From contig JAVECL010000226.1 of assembly GCA_051942245.1 (NCBI GenBank), positions 1 through 34,547 of the forward strand: a stretch of DNA of 34,547 nucleotides, read 5' to 3'. Positions 10,122-24,945 of this stretch are shown here, one piece after another (position 1 is the stretch's first letter; each line of letters opens with the position of its first letter). Source of the stretch: Trypethelium eluteriae. Lineage: Eukaryota. The notes under the pieces are model-generated. The model did not search any database, was not told the DNA's origin, and saw only the letters and a program-made list of their open reading frames with translations. A program made the position numbers and the translations under genes.

Positions 10122-11585
10122 CTAAAAATTATATATTAAAGATGAAACAGAAAAATGTAGTCCCTCTAATATAGGTATGGGATATACACCTAATAATACT
10201 GTAAATACAACTAATATTAGTAATATAAAAAATTCACGTTTATTTAAATCAGGTATATTAACTAAGAAATATTTAGAATATGAACCAGCAAAAGCTATTC
10301 TATTAAACATAAATATAGTATATGCTGCAGAAAATATAATAGAAGAACTAGCAAATATACCTAATAAAGGCAATCTTTCAAATATACCATATAAAGACAT
10401 AAATTCCCCTAAAAAATTTAAAGTAAGTGGTACACCACAATTAGCTAGTGAAAGAATAAAAAATAATATAGAAAATAAGGGCATTAATTGAGCTATACCT
10501 TTATAATAAGTAATTAATCTTGTAGAAGATCTATCATATAAAACACCACCTGCACATATAAATAAACCAGATGAAACAAAACCATGAGCTAAACCTAAAA
10601 GAATACCACCTTCAATCCCTTGTATTGTATTACTGAATACAGCCAAAAGATATACAGCAGCATGTGATACAGAACTATAAGCAATAAGTTCTTTAATATC
10701 TATAGTTCTTAAAGTGCTAAAACTAGCATATATTATAGTTATAACACCTATTAAGTAAACTATATATGTATAATTACAGGCTGCATAAGGTAATAAGGGT
10801 AAAATTAGTCTAAGAACACCATATAAACTTAATTTTAGTACAATACCAGCTAAAATTATACTACCGCTTAATGGTGATTCTACATGAGCTTTTAAAAGTC
10901 AAGTATTCAAAAAGATTGTAGGTGTTTTTACAGCAAAAGCTATAAAAATACCGGAAAATAAAAATATTTGAGTAAAATCATTAAAATTTGTTTTATATAA
11001 TGCGTCAAAATTAGTTGTACCCATTATAGAATACATTGAAAGTATAGATAATAATAAGAATAAAGAACCTAATAATGTATATAAAAATAAATAAAAACTG
11101 GCTCTAACTCTATTACTTGATCCAAATAAACCTATTAATATAAACAACGGTGGCAAAATACTTTCAAAAAATATATAAAATAATAAGATATCTAATACTA
11201 AAAAAACTGCTAATAGTAATGTTTCTAATAATAATATTAATATAACAAATGATTTAATATTATTTGTTATAGATGTTCAATTAGATAATAAAGAAATAGG
11301 TATAATTAGAGTTGTTAATAATACAAAATACATAGATAAACCATCTATACCCAAATATAAATCAAATAAACTTGTTTCATAATACTCTTGTACAAATTGA
11401 AAATTATTATTATTAAAATCAAAATATATAAATATTATTATAGAAATAAATAAGTTTAATATAGATATAATTAACGCTATGTTTTTTACTTGTTTTTTAT
11501 ATAAAGAAGATAATTCATTAGACTCAATTGTTGATATAATAAAAACACCAAATAAAGGTATTAGTAATAAAGAAGATAATAACAT
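10122..11585 (-). CDS. nad4: NADH dehydrogenase subunit 4
   Basis: Three track ORFs join in one frame under TGA=Trp (487 aa); motifs KAHVESPL, IAYSSVSH, AHGFVSSGLF. Confidence 0.97.
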
Positions 11586-11703
11586 TAGTTAAATAAAAAG
11601 AAAAAGTAATTTACCACTTATTATTAATATTATTAATAAAATGTAACACCACATATATCTATGTAGTAAAATATATAAAGATGAAAAATTTTTTTTATAT
11701 CTA

Positions 11704-12789
11704 TTAAAATAAACTAATATTACATGGTATTATATCAAAGCTAAATATAATACAAGGTATTAATATAATAAAAGCTATAACTATAGGTAACAATATTGTT
11801 CAACAGAATGACATTAACTGATCAAAACGTATTCTAGGAAAAGAAGCTCTAACTCATATAAAAACAAATATCATTATACAAGATTTAAACCCTAAACTTA
11901 AACTATATAAAAGACTCTCTAATATAGGATTAAAGTATATGTTATCAAAAATATTATAATCATATGTAAATAGACCAAAATCGATTTCAGATAATAAGTT
12001 TATTATATTATTATAGTTAAATAAATAACCACCCAGAAATAAAATAGTAGTTAATATACATATAAGAACAATGCTTGCATATTCAGCTAAAAAAAAGAAT
12101 ACAAATATAACTGCAGCATGTTCTGTCATAAAACCACTAACTAATTCTGATTCAGCTTCAGCTAAATCAAAGGGAGCTCTATTAGTTTCCGCTACAGAAC
12201 CTATAAAAAAGATCAAAAAGATAGGAAATAATGGTATAATAAATCATATTGTTCTCTGTGTTTCTATATTAGTAGTTAGATTTAAACTTCCTGTAATTAA
12301 TATAACAAGTAAGATAGCAGAACTTAAGATTAATTCATAACTTATTAATTGGGCCGTACTTCTAAGAGAACCTAAAAACGCATACTTAGAATTAGCAGAT
12401 CACCCTGCTAATAGTATACCATAAGTAGATAATGAAGACACAGCTAATAAGTATAATATACCTAAGTTAATATCTAATATAGATAAACCAGGATTATAGG
12501 GAATAACAGCATAACCTAATAGAGAAAAAATTAAAGTTATCATTGGAGCTAGAAAAAATAATATTATATTAGCTTGTGTTGGTGAAACATACTCTTTTAA
12601 TAAAAGTTTAAGTGCATCTGCAAATGCTTGTAAAAGTCCATAATAGCCAATAATATTTGGACCCAATCTTCTTTGCATACTAGCCATTGTTTTTCTTTCA
12701 GCAACTGTTACAAATGCTACTGATAATAAAACAGGTATTGTAACTATTAATACCTCAAGTATTGATAATATAATAGTTGTATATAACAT
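11704..12789 (-). CDS. nad1: NADH dehydrogenase subunit 1
   Basis: [45 protein letters not shown]; 361 aa under code 4. Confidence 0.97.
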
Positions 12790-13019
12790 ATGAAAGTAAT
12801 AAAAAAAAATAGATTAAAAATATAAAGTTTTTAGTCTATTTAAAAATAAGTTTAGAACTATATTAATATTTATTATATTTAGTATATTTAAATTTGTTAT
12901 ATTTTGATATGGTTGTATGTATATTACACTATATAAATTTATTATTATTTTTTATTTTTACGTTAACTTTAATGGTTAAAATAAAAATATAAATAAAAAA
13001 AAAAAAATAGAGTTTTTAT

Positions 13020-13385
13020 TTATTTTATTTGTAATAGTATATACCTTACCTATGTATATATTGTTTTTACGAAAGCATTTTACAAGATAATAACGAGAAT
13101 GGAATAACACTATGTATTATGCGGCTTTTGTAATATCTATCTATTATTTACTTTCATTTGTTTTATTGTTTCTTAAAAACTACAGGATTTGCCTTAATAT
13201 TACTTTTTGCAATTTTAAGTTTTGTTTATTCTATATGTGTACAACCTATACCTAATAAACGTAAACGTTCAATAGTAGTATCCTTAGTATGTTTTAAACC
13301 TAAAACAGATATTGCACTCTTCAGGTTATTGTATTCAGGCTTTATCAAATCCATATAAAAAAAAAATAAATTAATTAAAAAGAAC
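13020..13385 (-). pseudogene. C-terminal half of a decayed GIY-YIG homing endonuclease (NUMOD3/NUMOD1-like), overlapping track ORF 13226..13477
   Basis: FYMDLIKPEYNNLKSAISVLGLKHTKDTTIERLRLLGIGCTHIE*TKLKIAKSNIKANPVV matches the typical 'Y.D.lkPeYNIlk.AgSslG.KHt.et' linker, followed by DITKAA. Catalytic N-terminus absent. Confidence 0.8.
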
Positions 13386-13674
13386 AACAATACTATTATT
13401 ATATTATATACATATAATAATATAATAACATAGATTATGTATAAAGGAAACACATATACATAATTACTTATGCACAATAAAACACAAATAGATCAAAAAA
13501 CCTTAAAGATCTACAAACAAATGAATTATAGATAGGTTATATAGAAGCTAATAGTTCATATCTAAAACCTATTTTAATACTGAGCAACAAATATTGAAAA
13601 AATATTTTTTTAATTTATTTAACACAAAAATAACCTCAATACATCTTAAAAGATGATATAACAAAAAACAAAAA

Positions 13675-13968
13675 TTAAAGAATGTTCAATATATTATCGT
13701 CTATACAAACATAAAAATACTTTTTTTTTTCAATATCAGGATACTTAATCTTTAAGTATAGAATCCTGCTACAAAGCTCCTTATAAAGATCCATTATAAC
13801 AATCTCCTTGTCTTCAGGTTTGTATATACAAAAATAAATAACATAACCAATAAGTTTGGTACCTAAACGTACACACAAGTAATAACGAACACCTAACTTA
13901 AAAACCTGAGAGCCTATTTTGTTAATAAAAGATTTGTAATCAAAAGAACTATACTGAAAGTCAATCAT
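13675..13968 (-). CDS. Hypothetical protein (97 aa), orphan
   Basis: ATG-to-TAA open frame, less AT-biased than its flanks; no recognisable family. Confidence 0.45.
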   Translation of the reverse strand: MIDFQYSSFDYKSFINKIGSQVFKLGVRYYLCVRLGTKLIGYVIYFCIYKPEDKEIVIMDLYKELCSRILYLKIKYPDIEKKKYFYVCIDDNILNIL

Positions 13969-14326
13969 AAGAATAATTATTATATTTAAAAACCACTGCG
14001 TTTCGCACCATTAAGAGTAGAACCCCAAATAGAAAGAAATAGAACAAAAGAACCCTGACCTCGGTAATAAAGCGATTCTTATGCTATATCGTTATTTATT
14101 TATTTTAAACATTTTACGGGTTATGATCGAAAATTGTGAAGCTAACAAGGATATTTTTTTTGAATAAAGAACAATACTATAAAGAAAAAATAAAAAGTAA
14201 CTTTTACAAAAATAACCTCCTTTTTCTAAAGAAAGTAAATAAAATTAATTATAATTAAAACTAAGTATTTTTTCCTTCCTAATAAAAAAAAAATAGTAAA
14301 TACAAAATTTAAATTTATAATTTTAT

Positions 14327-14980
14327 TTAATTTTCACTATTATTATCATTACTTTCATCTAAATCCATCTCACTAACATTATCTTGTTCCTGACTAGGAT
14401 TTTCAACATAAGGTGTAACAGGACTACCATGATGTCTACCACAATTAACGCATTCAAAAGACGGATCCTCTACCTCTAATTGTATATTATCAATATCGGT
14501 ATTACCGTCTTCATAACGTTCAGGATGCTCAATTTTATCATAACAATGGTTACAATAAATTTCAGGTGGATCCTCTACATCGCTTTCTGAATTACGAGCA
14601 TCAGGTCAGGTAGGATCTGGTCAATTTTCACGATCAGATTGATCAGGGTTTGATGATTCTTCCATACCAGGAAAATCCTCCATACCAGGAAAATTATTAT
14701 TATCCCCATCATTATCAGGACGAAAAAAAAAATCTGTCATATTAAAAAAGTCACTATTAGCTAATAAATAAGAAAGGTCCTCTACAAAATGGTAAAGAAA
14801 AAAAGATTCTAATATATTATTAGATAAAAATATAAAAAAAATAGCAGCATTAAAAACAAATATTAATATAAAAGGGAATAATAAAACAATAACACAAAAA
14901 TGCGTTATAAAATAAAACCGTACCAAGTTTAAACAAAAAATACCTTTATTCAATAAAATCTTACCTAATCTTTTTAACAT
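14327..14980 (-). CDS. Orphan ORF217: N-terminal hydrophobic anchor, acidic linker, CxxC...CxxC putative zinc ribbon
   Basis: Track ORF 14621..14980 continues through TGA(Trp) to TAA at 14327; contains IYCNHCYD and FECVNCGRHH. Confidence 0.75.
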
Positions 14981-15417
14981 TTATTATTATTATATACACG
15001 GCTTCTTATATTCTTAATCACTCATATTTTAATACTAATTATTTTACTAAAAGTAGAAAACATTTGTCTACTATCTATCTTTAATGCACCCTTACCTAAT
15101 TCAAATACAAACCCTAAAGTTAATATAATAAAAAAAGCTAAAATAATAATTAATCCATATATATTATTAATATATGCACTTACAACATAGGGGTATACTA
15201 ATAATATTTCTAAATCAAATAATAAAAATAATAATCCAAATATAAAAAAAGATATACTAAATTGTGTTCTATTCTGACCTAAAAACGAATGAAAACCGCA
15301 TTCAAAGGGGCTATCTTTTTCTTGATAAGGGTTCTGTGGTGCTAATATTAAATTAATAAATAATAAAATAAAAGCCAATAAAGGAATAAAAATAAGAAAA
15401 AAAATTATACTAGACAT
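14974..15417 (-). CDS. nad3: NADH dehydrogenase subunit 3
   Basis: EKDSPFECGF and FLLFDLEI motifs; reads through TGA at 15022 to TAA at 14974; the ATG directly follows the nad2 stop. Confidence 0.96.
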
Positions 15418-17121
15418 TTAATAATTAAATAATACAAGTGACAGAATTCCTGCTGTGTTGATTCATTCATTGGGTAATAAGATAAATAATAATATTATAT
15501 ATGTTATTATTGAAATTATAATTGTTAATGAGCTTGATAGTGTAATATTTTTTATATCACTACTTATCTCATATTCTGTTGTATCAAAAAACATTTGTTT
15601 TATAATAGCTAAATAGTATACAGCACTTATAACACTTGTTATAATAGCTACTAAGGACATAAAAATATAACCATTGTTTATAGCAGCACTTAATACCATT
15701 TGTTTGGCAAAGAATCCTATTAAAGGTGGTATACCTGCAAAAGAAAATAAGGTTATTGCTAAACTTAAAGCCATTATAGGGTTTATATAAAAGTATCCCT
15801 TTATTTGATTAATTAATTGTATTGGTGAGTTATTTTTGTCTAATAAACTCTCATATTTCTTATTAGTATTAACATAATGATATAAAGAATAACCTATGCT
15901 AATTAGTATTATAAAAGCATTTAGATTAGATAATGAATATTGCATTAAGTAAAAAATAAATGCTTGTATTGATTCAATACTGTAAATACTTAAGGATAAT
16001 AATATAAAACCTAAATGTGATATTGTACTATAAGCATATAATCTTTTTATTCTAGTTTGGGTTAATCCTACTATAGTACCTATAATTAATGATAAAAAAG
16101 AACTAATTAATAAGTTTAAACTCCAGCTTATATTAAAATTAAATAAAGAATTACTAGTATAATTAGTCAATTCTAAAAAAAATATAAATATAGAAATTTT
16201 TGCTATTATTGCTACATAGGTTGTAACTATTGTAGGTATAGCATCATAAACATCTGGAGCTCAAAAATGAAAAGGTGCTGCACTTACCTTAAATAAAAAC
16301 CCTATACTCATTATAAGTAAAGAAAAGTGTATATAATATGGTTTATATCATACCAAATTAGATAAATTACTATTATTTACAATTTCAGATATACTTGTTA
16401 CTATATATAGTCCATCTAAATTAGTAATTCCTGAGTTTGCATATAATAAACTTATACCTAATAAAATAAAACAAGAAGATAAACTACCTAATAAAAAATA
16501 GGTAAGACCACCTGATGTAGCCAATTCGGAGTTTCTATATAATGTAGATAATAAATATAACCCATAACTCTGCAATTCTATTGATAAAAAAATAGATACT
16601 ATGTCGTTACTACTAATTAACAGTATAGATCCAATTATAACAAAAAGTATTATAAGTGAATACTCAATTATTTTAAATTGTTCTCCATATTTATTTAATA
16701 TTTTTTGATTTTGAGTTTTCTGATTCAGGATTATTCTTCCAGAGTTTTCTTTGTTATTCCTTTCACTACTTACTTCATCTTCTATGTTTTTATTGCTTTC
16801 ATCCTTTTCTATTATCTTTTCACTAATTAAAGTAGAGGTAGTACTAACAAACTTTCTAGGATAAAAGCTTGTTAAATTTAAGATTAAAATACTTAAAAAA
16901 AAAATAAAAAGATGAAAATATGTACTATTAGATGTTATATTAAATAAACCACTGTAAAGACCTACACCTTTATTTATTTCTTGAAAAAACAAAGTAAAAT
17001 AATTTTGTATAAAGGCATACGAAAATAATAGTATTGTAGCTCTTGAATATAGAATACTTTTATCTTGCCTGGAAGTAACCCCACTTGATAATAATTGATA
17101 AGGGAGTGTATATAATAAAAT
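15418..17121 (-). CDS. nad2: NADH dehydrogenase subunit 2 (non-ATG start, ATT at 17121 or ATA at 17124)
   Basis: Continuous frame from [18 protein letters not shown] through [32 protein letters not shown] and [12 protein letters not shown] to TAA at 15418; in-frame TAA at 17125..17127 upstream. Confidence 0.95.
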
Positions 17122-17281
17122 TATTTATTAATATACTATCTTAATAAATAAAAAAGATATCATTGTATTTTTAAAAGAATAAAACCTTTATTATGTATTT
17201 ATAAATTTATTTAATACTATATTTATATAAATATACTATAATTTAATCATACTAATTTAGGTAAAAAAAGTATCACGTAGT

Positions 17282-17308
17282 AAATACAGCTCCCATACTT
17301 AATACATA
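17282..17308 (-). pseudogene. cox1: 27-nt cox1 fragment (YVLSMGAVF)
   Basis: TAT GTA TTA AGT ATG GGA GCT GTA TTT encodes the same peptide as cox1 19253..19279 using four different synonymous codons. Confidence 0.75.
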
Positions 17309-17342
17309 CGTAGTAAGTTATACCTGCTCATTGATTAATATA

Positions 17343-18137
17343 TTAATCATCTGATCCTATATAGTCAGGGAATTCTGTACTTAAATCCGCGAATTCATCT
17401 AATAAAGATTCCTTTTTATTTTTATTTTCTTCCTTATAAATATAACTCTCCTTATTATTATTATCAGGGCAATTTACTTCTTCATTCATAGAACCCTCCT
17501 TATTATCTTTGTTGTTTTCAGGGAAATTTACTTGTTCAGCTATAGGTGTACCTGGATATGAAGGAGCATCTTCATCTCTACAATCTTTACATATAAGTGC
17601 AAAACATATATCACATACATAACAGGAATCCCCTTCTCTTTCTACCGCGGGATGTCTATTAGGCTTTATTTCTTTATCCTGGATAGATTTACCTTGTTCT
17701 GATTCAAAATCTGAAGCCATGTCACACAAGTTAGGATCAGTGGTATCTCTTTCATCTGCTTGGTACATAGACAGCTTTTCATGTTCACAGTTTCCTGCTT
17801 TTTTTCTTCAAGCAGTTTCAGCATCTAAACCTTCGTTATTTGTTTTATTAGGATTAGTATCTATTCTAAGTTTAGGTTTTTCAGATGGAAACATATTAAC
17901 AGGAGTAGGGGTTATACATAAAAAATTATAACTAAATTTATCCTTATCGGATGTAACAAGATCACAATAATTATTCTCAATTTCTATTAAAAACATAAAT
18001 AAAAATATAAATAAATATGTTGTTAAATTTAATAAAATACTGTTGTTCATGTTATAAATACTAATAGTAACTCCACTTGATAATAATAGATAAGAAAATT
18101 TATATAATAAGATTTTTATAAAATATATATTTAACAA
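17343..18137 (-). CDS. Orphan ORF264: nad2-derived/hydrophobic N-terminus, Cys/His-rich domain, acidic tail
   Basis: Track ORFs 17808..18137 and 17343..17768 are one frame joined by W-RKKAGNCEHEKLS; CYVCDICFALICKDC motif; start codon uncertain (TTG/ATA or an internal ATG). Confidence 0.8.
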
Positions 18138-18251
18138 TATTTTATAAAATTTTTATTAATAAAGATAAATATATTATGTAAATACATTACATTCTTTTTT
18201 TTTTTTTTATTTATTTTTTTTTTTACATTATACTTAATTAGTTATTGTTAT

Positions 18252-18324
18252 TCGGGTTATTATGATTTGAACATAACAATGCCTCATCCCAAATGAGGTG
18301 CCTAACCTACTTGGCTTTAACCCG
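18252..18324 (-). tRNA. trnP: tRNA-Pro(TGG)
   Basis: Anticodon arm CCTCA-TTTGGGA-TGAGG. Confidence 0.9.
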
Positions 18325-18331
18325 TATAATA

Positions 18332-18416
18332 CAGAGAATATCCGATTTGAACGGATGTAGTTTTTAAACTAAATAAGTTTCAAGCTTATCACCTTAAACC
18401 CCTCGGTCAATTCTCT
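18332..18416 (-). tRNA. trnS: tRNA-Ser(TGA)
   Basis: Anticodon arm ATAAG-CTTGAAA-CTTAT; long variable arm; acceptor AGAGAAT/ATTCTCT. Confidence 0.92.
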
Positions 18417-18538
18417 TATAATTTTTTTTTTACATATTTGGTATTATGCGCTATACTACCATCGTTTGTAGAGATTTTCTTATAAAACCCAATATGACTA
18501 TTAAAAGTGTTAGTATAAATTTAATTTAAATCTACATA

Positions 18539-18820
18539 TTATTTAAATAAATCCTCTCTTAGGGGTCAACTACGCAAATTTTTGTAAATAGGTTGTCTTG
18601 CAGATATAATTTTTAAATAATTAGCTGCTTTGATTGTACCTTGATTTGCTTTTTCTTCTAAATCCTCATTTATCTCAGCAGCCATTGATGCATTATTATT
18701 ACAAATCTCGTAGACTTGTACCATCTTTCCTTTTATCTGAATTAAATCCGTCATAGACATATTTTCCAAGGCCACAGTAAGAATATCGCCTTGATATGTT
18801 ATAGCTAATATGGCATCAAG
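18539..18820 (-). CDS. Orphan reading frame (93 codons) in frame directly after the cox1 stop; paralog of ORF113 (25477..25818)
   Basis: LDAILAITYQGDILTVALENMSMTDLIQIKGKMVQVYEICNNNASMAAEINEDLEEKANQGTIKAANYLKIISARQPIYKNLRSWPLREDLFK*. Confidence 0.65.
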
Positions 18821-21473
<2,653 letters not shown>

Positions 21474-21664
21474 TTTGTTAAAAAATTGAATAAGTAAATT
21501 TAGACTTTATAATTATATAGATAAATATTCGTATTTTAATACTCAATACTCTCTTATTTTTAGTCAAGTAAAATATATATATTAATTAAATGTTAAAAAT
21601 ATGTATGAAAGTTAACTAGATATCGTTTTTGATAAAAAAAAATATATAAACATAAATCTATAAA

Positions 21665-21736
21665 GAGATATGAAGGAATTGAACCTTTAATTTATCTAAT
21701 CTGCAATTAGAGTGTAAAACCTTTTACTACATATCC
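21665..21736 (-). tRNA. trnC: tRNA-Cys(GCA)
   Basis: Anticodon arm TCTAA-TTGCAGA-TTAGA. Confidence 0.88.
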
Positions 21737-21999
21737 CTATGTATAAATAAAAATATATAGGTATATATACAAAATATGTTTATTTAAATTACTTTGGATA
21801 TAAATAAGGATGTTTCTATTAAATAAATATTAATTTATCTTTTTAAAAAGCGTATAAAGGCCTTATCTCTCATAATCATATAACAAATCTATAATTTTTA
21901 TAATCTTTATTTTCTATAAAATACCAAAGTTTTTACTTAAATTATTTATTTAAGTGATTGTTGACTTTCTAATAATAATCACAAAGTAAGATAAATATA

Positions 22000-22070
22000 C
22001 AACGTGTATAAGATTTGAACTTATGCTATTATGGCCGTATCATAATATTCTACCATTAAATTAACACGCT
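22000..22070 (-). tRNA. trnR: tRNA-Arg(ACG)
   Basis: Anticodon arm TTATG-ATACGGC-CATAA. Confidence 0.88.
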
Positions 22071-22077
22071 TAAATTA

Positions 22078-22148
22078 CGCCTCTAATATGAATCGAACAT
22101 ATATAGGGTTATTAACAGTAACCTGCTCTACCTTTGAGCTATAGAAGC
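22078..22148 (-). tRNA. trnN: tRNA-Asn(GTT)
   Basis: Anticodon arm GGTTA-CTGTTAA-TAACC. Confidence 0.93.
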
Positions 22149-22164
22149 TATTAAATTTTATAAA

Positions 22165-22237
22165 TAAGAAATAAGTGATTTGAACACCCAATCTTCCGTG
22201 TGTAAAACGGCTGCTCTACCTATTAAGCTAATTTCTT
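22165..22237 (-). tRNA. trnV: tRNA-Val(TAC)
   Basis: Anticodon arm CCGT-TTTACAC-ACGG; acceptor AAGAAAT/ATTTCTT. Confidence 0.92.
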
Positions 22238-22319
22238 AATTTTATTAAATATTATTTACTATTTAAATTTAACAAATATATTATATATATAATATTTATT
22301 ATATTTATGTTTACCAATT

Positions 22320-22772
22320 TAATAGTTGTTTTAAAGCTGGTGTATAAAGTTACCACCTTGATTAGTAAAGGCTATAAAACCTATACCCATAGTAGGACAT
22401 ATATGCTTAACAAGAGTCTTATATATATGTTGCCTAGTTTCATGAAATAGATATCTTTCATCCATTATTTCTTGAAATGTAATTTAACTTTAATTACTAC
22501 ACTGTGCGGCAGCCGTCATAGCTTTTTTAAAACAATTTCAAAAACTATAGACTTGGTCTGTTAATGGGGCTACATCTGCATATACTGTTGTAATTAATTC
22601 ACCCTTAAATAAATATATAGCAAAACAATGGCAATGTGTAGTAATGCAGCAACCAGTAAATAAAAATATAATCTTAATAAAGGATTACTTTTAAGTATTA
22701 TCATTTTTTATAGTAATATTTAATATATTATTATATTAATTTGTTTTATTATACTATTTTTATTAAATATTA
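22320..22772 (-). pseudogene. Duplicated cob leader and first 12 codons fused to a decayed unknown ORF
   Basis: ATG at 22704 gives MIILKSNPLLRL (cob: [12 protein letters not shown]); 22741..22772 is identical to cob upstream sequence 29564..29595; a stop-interrupted non-cob frame follows. Confidence 0.8.
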
Positions 22773-22986
22773 TTTATTAATTATAATATATATAAAAATA
22801 TAATATATTTATAATATATATATAATATATTTATAATATACTCTAACTAAAGAGCTATGAAACATAACTTTAATATTATACTTTTTTATTTAAACATTAC
22901 CTTTTAAAGGTAATAAAGTAAGTTTATAAATATAAAATTATATTAGATATATAGAAAACTTTTATTATTTATCTTTTTTATTTAAT

Positions 22987-24945
22987 TTAACTAGTGATAG
23001 TTAATAATCCAAATATTATTATAATTAATAATATGCTATTTATAATAGATAAATAAGGGATTAAAATATAAAAAATTAAACAAATTAAAATATATAAGGC
23101 ATATGATGTAATAATACCTGTATCTAAACTTGCTATATTTCTACTTAAATTAACTAAACCTAATTCTAGACCATAAGGACCTAATAACTCTATCGAACCT
23201 TTATCAATAACTTTAGTAGTTTGTCCTCCTAGCTTTAATATTAAGTTAGTTATATAGTTATTGTAGAAAAGTTCAATTAGAAACCGTTGATTAAAAAAAC
23301 CATATATATTATAACCTAAATTAGATAATTTAAAGTTTACTACAAGTTTTTCTAAATATTCTAAGGAAAATATAGAAAGTATACTTAATGATACAGTAAA
23401 TATTAAAGGTATTAGTTTAAATAGTAAAGGTACAGCAAATTCAGTGTTTAATAAAATTTCATTTAAAGGATGTATAAATAAACTATTATCAGAAAAAAAG
23501 TTAGAACCTAATCCTATAAAAATATCTTTAGTTATATAACCAAAAAATATAGAAAACAAGGCTAATATAATTAAAGGTAAACTCATAAAAATATCTCCTT
23601 CATGTGCATTTTTATAATTAATTAAAGGTCCATTAGGATTTGTTAAAAAAGTTAAATATAAAACTTTAATAGAATACAAGGTAGTAAACATAGCACCAAT
23701 AGTAGCTATAAAATATACAACTGTACTAGAAAAATAAAATTGCCCATATGCTGACTCAAGTATAAAATCTTTAGAATAAAACCCTGTCATAAATGGAAAT
23801 GCAACTAAACTAAGAGATGCTATTAACATAACAGAGTATGTTAAAGGTAAAAATTTTATTAATGCTCCATATTTTCTAAAGTCTTGATTATCTGATACAG
23901 CATGTATTACAGCACCTGCCCCTAAAAAAAGTAATCCTTTATAAAAAGCATGGTTAATTAAATGAAATAATGCTATATTATAACAAGATAAACCTACAGC
24001 TATAACCATCATACCCAATTGACTCATTGTAGAATATGCTATAACTTTTTTAATATCTTGTTGAAATAAACCAATTAGTGAACTAAATACAGTAGTAAAT
24101 GCACCTATTCATAAGCAGAGTATTAATACTGTTGAACTATATTCTATTAAAGGAGAAGCACGCATTAATAAATAAACACCTGCTGTTACCATGGTAGCGG
24201 CATGTATTAAAGCACTAACAGGTGTTGGACCCTCCATAGCCATAGGTAATCAAACATGTAATCCTACTTGAGAACTCTTAGCCATAGCACCAATTAACAA
24301 ACAAACACCAATTAAAGTAATTATATTTTCACTCATATACGGAGATAGTGAAAATACTGTTGAATAATCAATGTTACCAAAACACCATATCATAACAAAC
24401 ATACCTATTGTTAAAAAACAATCTCCTACTCTATTGGTTAAAAGTGCTGAAATGGAACTTTGGTTTGCAGCTATTCTAGTAAATCAAAAACTTACTAAAA
24501 GGTATGAACAAATACCTACACCTTCTCATCCCACAAACATTAATAAGAAGTTATTAGCTGTAACTAGGATAATCATCATAAAAGTAAATAAACTTAAATA
24601 GCTAAAAAACCTTTGATTATGTGGATCATTATTCATGTAACCTATTGAATATATATGTACTAAAAATGAAATAATTAATACAGGTATTAACATAGATACT
24701 GTTAAGCTATCAAAATTAAAACCTCATCATATATTTATTGATTCAGAATCAATTCATTTAAATACCTCAATCGATACAGGTATATTATTAAATCCTACTT
24801 CAAAAAATACAATTATTGCTAAAATTGTTATTATTAATATAGAACTAGATGCTATTAATTGTGCACCTTTTACTCCTATTTTTCTACCAAAAAACCCACA
24901 CAAGATTGACCCTAATAAGGGTATTATTATTATTGATAAATACAT
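22987..24945 (-). CDS. nad5: NADH dehydrogenase subunit 5
   Basis: 652 aa under code 4; [43 protein letters not shown]; 1-nt overlap with nad4L. Confidence 0.97.

Noticed and set aside
21770..21990. Possible rnpB (AGAAAGTC on the - strand at ~21964..21971) or LAGLIDADG remnant
   Set aside because: No matching CR-V (ACAnAAnnnnGCTTA) was found to form P4, and the peptide resemblance to LAGLIDADG is too weak. An RNAweasel/Infernal search would decide.
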